From assembly GCA_035948135.1 (NCBI GenBank), contig DASZJL010000083.1:1-17730 (forward strand): DNA of 17,730 nt, written 5' to 3'. The notes beneath the pieces were generated by a model. The model made no database searches and was not told the DNA's origin. It saw only the letters and a program-made list of their open reading frames with translations. Made by a program: the position numbers and the translations under genes. Numbering within the stretch: position 1 is the first letter of the stretch; the number at the start of each line of letters is the position of its first letter. The DNA comes from Acidimicrobiales bacterium. GTDB lineage: Bacteria > Actinomycetota > Acidimicrobiia > Acidimicrobiales > AC-14. Of this stretch, positions 14,459 to 17,730 are shown in pieces.

Positions 14459-15447
14459 TGTCATTCGGGGCGCCGAAGATGTTCGTGTTCCTGCTGGCGA
14501 TCCCGGCCGTTATCGCCTGGTACGTGGCCACCCAGCGACGCCGGGCCGAGCGAACGCGGGCGCTCGCGGGCGAGGGTCTGGTCTCGACGGCGGACGCCTC
14601 GCCGCCCAGGCGTCGCCGGCACGCGGCGTTCGCCCTGTTAGTCGTCGCCCTGACCTTGCTGGTCGTCGCCCTGGCGCGGCCCTCGACGACGGTGCGCACG
14701 CCCCAGCAGCGGGGCACGGTGATCATCGCCCTCGACGTGTCGAACAGCATGCGGGCGACCGACGTCAAGCCCAGTCGCATCGAGGTCGCGAAGGCGGCCG
14801 CCAAGTCGTTCGCCAAGCAGCAGGCGACTCCGGTGCGCATCGGCGTGGTCGCGTTCGGCGACGGCGCGGTCGTTGTCCAAGCGCCCACGACGAACCGCCC
14901 CGAGGTCAACGCGGCCATCGACCGGGTGTCGGTCGGCGGCGGGACCGCGATCGGCCAGGGCCTGCTTACGTCGCTGGACGCGATCGCAGGGAAGCAGATC
15001 ACGATCGACCCGGCGGCCCTCAACAACGACGAAGGCAAGGTCGACGTCGGCTACTACGGCGGCACGGTGATCGTGGCCTTCACCGACGGCGAGAACACCA
15101 GCGGCGTCGACCCGCTGGCGGTCGCGAACGTGGCGTCGGCCGCCGGCGTCCGCGTGCACACGATCGGCGTCGGCACCGAGGCGGGCACGACGTTCCAATA
15201 CGGCGGGTTCACCATCGCCACGGCCCTCGACAGCAATGAGCTCAAGCAGGTTGCATCGTTGACCGACGGCACCTACCACCCGTCGACTGACGCCGGCGGC
15301 CCGTCCGCCGTCACGCGGACGATCCGGCTGCACTTCACGCTGGTGTCCCAGCACACCGAGGTGACAGCGCTGTTCTGCGCCTTCGCCATCGGCTTCCTGC
15401 TCCTTGGCTCGCTGGCGTCGCTGCGCTGGCTCGGGCGGATCGTGTAG
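14458..15447 (+). CDS. von Willebrand factor A domain membrane protein (BatA-like), 329 aa
   Basis: There is an N-terminal TM pair. IIALDVSNSMRATD is a MIDAS DxSxS motif. …VIVAFTDGENT follows. A C-terminal TM is ALFCAFAIGFLLLGSLASL. Confidence 0.85.
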   Translation: MSFGAPKMFVFLLAIPAVIAWYVATQRRRAERTRALAGEGLVSTADASPPRRRRHAAFALLVVALTLLVVALARPSTTVRTPQQRGTVIIALDVSNSMRATDVKPSRIEVAKAAAKSFAKQQATPVRIGVVAFGDGAVVVQAPTTNRPEVNAAIDRVSVGGGTAIGQGLLTSLDAIAGKQITIDPAALNNDEGKVDVGYYGGTVIVAFTDGENTSGVDPLAVANVASAAGVRVHTIGVGTEAGTTFQYGGFTIATALDSNELKQVASLTDGTYHPSTDAGGPSAVTRTIRLHFTLVSQHTEVTALFCAFAIGFLLLGSLASLRWLGRIV

Positions 15448-15450
15448 CCG

Positions 15451-16602
15451 ATGAACTTCGCCTGGGCGTTCGCTCTGCCCCTGCTGCTCGTCGCCCCACT
15501 GGTGCTCGGCGCCTACTTGTGGAGTCTGCGCCGCCGGCGCAAGCAGGCGGTGACGTACTCGAGCGTCGCCCTGCTGCGGTCGGTGATCCCGGCTCGGTCA
15601 CGTTGGCGCCGCCACCTGCCCGTCGGGCTGTTGATCGCGGGCCTCGCCGTGCTCGCCATCGCCTCGGCTCGGCCCCAGGTCACGAGCACGGTGGCGATCG
15701 GTCGGACGTCGATCGTCATGGCGCTCGACGTCTCGCGTTCGATGTGCGCCACCGACGTGGACCCCAACCGGCTGACCGTCGAGCAGCGTGCTGCTAGGCA
15801 GTTCGTCGACAACCAGGCGTCCGGCACACGCATGGGCCTGATCATCTTCTCGGGAACCGCGCAACTCGCCGTGTCCCCGACGCGCGACCGCGCACCCTTG
15901 CAACAGGCGATAGACAACTTGACCACCGGCAACGGCACGGCCATCGGCGCCGCCATGCTCAAGTCCCTCGACGCCCTGTCGACTGTCAACACGGACGTGA
16001 AGCCGGTAGGTGACGTCCCCACGCCGAGCAACGGATCCGGCAACGACTTCTTCAATCCCATCGGCGGAGGCTCGTCGCCGGACACGACGCCGACAACGGT
16101 GCCCCCGCCACCCGGCCAGCACGGGTTCGTTCCCGACATCGTCGTACTTCTGACTGACGGCGCCAACAATCGCGGCATCGCTCCCCTCGACGCCGTTCCC
16201 TACGCGGTCGAGCGGCGGGTGCGCGTGTACACGATCGGCTTCGGCACGACGCAGATCGCGCCGCTGGCGTGCACAAGCGCGCAGCTGGGCGGCGACGACG
16301 GGGCCTTCGGCGGCCGGTTCGCGCCCGGCGGCGGCGGGTATGGAGGCGGCGGGTTCTCGTTCAACGGGAGGTCACCGCTGCGCGCCGACCTGCCGACCCT
16401 GAAGGAGGTCGCCGACCGCACGGGTGGCAAGGCCTACACCGCCGAGGACGCCGGCCAGCTCCAGAACGTGTTCGCCGGGCTGCCGAAGGACGTCACCGTG
16501 CAGAAGAAGAAACACGAGATAACCGCCAACTTCGCTCTCATCGGTGCGCTGCTGGCCCTCGCGGCGGTGGCCGCGTCGATCCGCTGGAGCCCGTATCCGT
16601 AG
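15451..16602 (+). CDS. von Willebrand factor A domain membrane protein (BatB-like) with a Pro/Gly-rich insert, 383 aa
   Basis: There are N-terminal TMs. The MIDAS motif is IVMALDVSRSMCATD. …VVLLTDGANN follows. An insert is TPTTVPPPPGQ…GGGGYGGGGFSF. A C-terminal TM is FALIGALLALAAVAASI. Confidence 0.85.
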   Translation: MNFAWAFALPLLLVAPLVLGAYLWSLRRRRKQAVTYSSVALLRSVIPARSRWRRHLPVGLLIAGLAVLAIASARPQVTSTVAIGRTSIVMALDVSRSMCATDVDPNRLTVEQRAARQFVDNQASGTRMGLIIFSGTAQLAVSPTRDRAPLQQAIDNLTTGNGTAIGAAMLKSLDALSTVNTDVKPVGDVPTPSNGSGNDFFNPIGGGSSPDTTPTTVPPPPGQHGFVPDIVVLLTDGANNRGIAPLDAVPYAVERRVRVYTIGFGTTQIAPLACTSAQLGGDDGAFGGRFAPGGGGYGGGGFSFNGRSPLRADLPTLKEVADRTGGKAYTAEDAGQLQNVFAGLPKDVTVQKKKHEITANFALIGALLALAAVAASIRWSPYP

Positions 16603-16624
16603 GTCGTCGACTTACCCTGGTGTC

Positions 16625-17053
16625 GTGACCCCGGAGGACCTCGCCACCCTGGCTCAGCTGCGCCGGGCGCGCGATCTGATGGACCGGGCCTTCGCCGAGC
16701 CGCTCGACGTCCCGGCCATGGCCCGGGCCGCCTTCATGTCACCCGCCCACTTCTCTCGGCAGTTCCGGGCGGCCTATGGCGAGACCCCCTACTCATACCT
16801 GATGACGCGGCGGATCGAACGGGCCAAGGCGCTGCTGCGCAGGGGCGAGATGTCGGTGACCGACGTGTGCATGGCGGTGGGATGTACCTCACTCGGGTCG
16901 TTCAGTTCGCGGTTCACCGAGCTCGTCGGCGAGACGCCGACCGCATACCGCGCGCGCGACCACGCGGGCCTGGCCGCCGTGCCGCCCTGCGTGGCGAAGA
17001 ACGCCACCCGACCGAGCAGAAACGGAGAAGCCAAACGCGTGACGGTGCCTTAG
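16625..17053 (+). CDS. AraC-family HTH-only transcriptional regulator, about 142 aa; GTG start
   Basis: MARAAFMSPAHFSRQFRAAYGETPYSYLMTRRIERAKALLRRGEMSVTDVCMAVGCTSLGSFSSRFTELVGETP is the HTH_18/AraC dual-HTH signature. The track ORF start at 16544 overlaps the VWA gene. The GTG at 16625 follows its stop by 22 nt. Confidence 0.7.
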   Translation: MTPEDLATLAQLRRARDLMDRAFAEPLDVPAMARAAFMSPAHFSRQFRAAYGETPYSYLMTRRIERAKALLRRGEMSVTDVCMAVGCTSLGSFSSRFTELVGETPTAYRARDHAGLAAVPPCVAKNATRPSRNGEAKRVTVP

Positions 17054-17063
17054 CGTCGTCGGC

Positions 17064-17462
17064 ATGGACCTCTCGCTCAAGAACTGCTTCATCAACGTCA
17101 CCGATGCCGAGTCCGCCCTGACCTTCTACCGGGACGCGCTCGGTCTCGAACTGCGCAATGACGTCGCGAACGAGGGATTCCGGTGGCTCACCCTCGGCTC
17201 GCCGACGCAGCCCGGCGTGGAGATCGTGGTCAGCGACTACCTCAGCAGCTCCCCGGACGATCGGGACACACTCGCGGCGCTGATCACCAAGGGCACCTTT
17301 ATGGCCGCCATGTTCGTCACGCCCGACCTGGACGCCACGTTCGAAAAGGTGCGCGCCTCAGGCGCCGAGGTACTGCAGGAGCCCATGGATCAGGCTTGGG
17401 GCCCCAAGGACTGCGCGTTCCGCGACCCGGCCGGAAACATGGTGCGCATCAACCAGGCCTGA
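17064..17462 (+). CDS. VOC-family (glyoxalase/bleomycin-resistance/dioxygenase fold) protein, 132 aa
   Basis: MDLSLKNCFINVTDAESALTFYRDALGLEL…FRDPAGNMVRINQA is a typical VOC βαβββ module. Confidence 0.85.
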   Translation: MDLSLKNCFINVTDAESALTFYRDALGLELRNDVANEGFRWLTLGSPTQPGVEIVVSDYLSSSPDDRDTLAALITKGTFMAAMFVTPDLDATFEKVRASGAEVLQEPMDQAWGPKDCAFRDPAGNMVRINQA

Positions 17463-17469
17463 CCATTCC

Positions 17470-17498
17470 GGCCAGCCGCGCCATGTGCGGCTGGCCGT
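17470..17498 (+). terminator. GC-rich hairpin (11-bp stem, 7-nt loop) 8 nt after the VOC stop; a second 7-bp hairpin follows at 17498..17518
   Basis: CGGCCAGCCGC-gccatgt-GCGGCTGGCCG is seen in the sequence, followed by TT then GTTCGGC-ctatgca-GCCGAAC. There is no long U-tract, which is common in high-GC actinobacteria. Confidence 0.45.
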
Positions 17499-17542
17499 TC
17501 GGCCTATGCAGCCGAACGTGACGCGGCTCCGATCAGTAGGAC

Positions 17543-17730
17543 ATGACTGCTGCTTGGAGATGTCGGTGCGGCTACACCAATCCGGACGTCGCTCGTTGCA
17601 AGGGGTGTCGCCGGCCACGTGGCGGACTCCTGCGGCGGCGCGTCGTCTCGAGTACGTGCATCGCGATCGTGTGCTTGGCCGCGAACGCGTTGTGGTCACC
17701 AGCGCGCAGCGCCGCCAAGGCTGCTCTCGG
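17543..17730 (+). CDS. Possible 5' part of a Cys-rich (zinc-ribbon-like) membrane protein, running off the window end
   Basis: AGGAC-ATG at 17543. It encodes MTAAWRCRCGYTNPDVARCKGCRRPRGG…VVSSTCIAIVCLAANALW (a CxC…CxxC then a hydrophobic segment). It is short and truncated, so support is weak. Confidence 0.3.
   Translation, partial: MTAAWRCRCGYTNPDVARCKGCRRPRGGLLRRRVVSSTCIAIVCLAANALWSPARSAAKAAL

Noticed and set aside
12543-16602. Reading the MoxR–DUF58–VWA cluster as a novel defence island
   Set aside because: The moxR–DUF58–VWA core is a widely conserved actinobacterial housekeeping arrangement. Only the added protease and the second VWA are unusual. No integrase, transposase, repeats or compositional shift indicate a mobile island.
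1-17730. Scan for CRISPR repeats, tRNA/rRNA genes, and insertion-sequence or integrase signatures
   Set aside because: No direct-repeat arrays, no tRNA-like cloverleaf candidates in the few short intergenic spaces, and no transposase or integrase motifs were found. The window is more than 93% protein-coding.

Overview
This is a high-GC, actinobacterial-type chromosomal window that is almost entirely coding. I found no rRNA, tRNA, CRISPR array or mobile-element signature.

Genes in order:
- A minus-strand housekeeping run: metG (3' end runs off the window start), rsmI, a DUF192 gene and ychF. A small AbrB-N plus zinc-ribbon gene lies antisense between rsmI and metG.
- An unlisted 28-codon, very basic micro-ORF (4043..4129) that resembles the mycobacterial ribosomal protein bL37. 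It sits in the region divergent from ychF, next to a 199-aa hypothetical.
- A minus-strand signalling and membrane cassette. A GAF–PP2C(SpoIIE)–HATPase_c (RsbU/RsbW-type) fusion protein is followed 71 nt later by a large SPFH/flotillin protein. Upstream of it is a short acidic ORF whose frame does not match the longest ORF call. Divergently on the plus strand are an NTF2-like hypothetical and a STAS anti-sigma-factor antagonist.
- An acyl-CoA dehydrogenase with a 20-bp perfect palindrome directly upstream.
- A minimal bacterial SET-domain protein, divergent from a five-gene operon: membrane-anchored trypsin-like S1 protease, MoxR AAA+ ATPase, DUF58, and two membrane VWA proteins (BatA/BatB-like).
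- An HTH-only AraC-type regulator, a VOC/glyoxalase protein, a hairpin terminator, and the start of a possible Cys-rich membrane protein.

Most long ORFs in the six-frame track are antisense shadow ORFs typical of ~70% GC DNA. Start codons below were chosen using domain boundaries, codon usage (GC3, rare AGG/AGT/TCT codons) and 4-nt start/stop overlaps.
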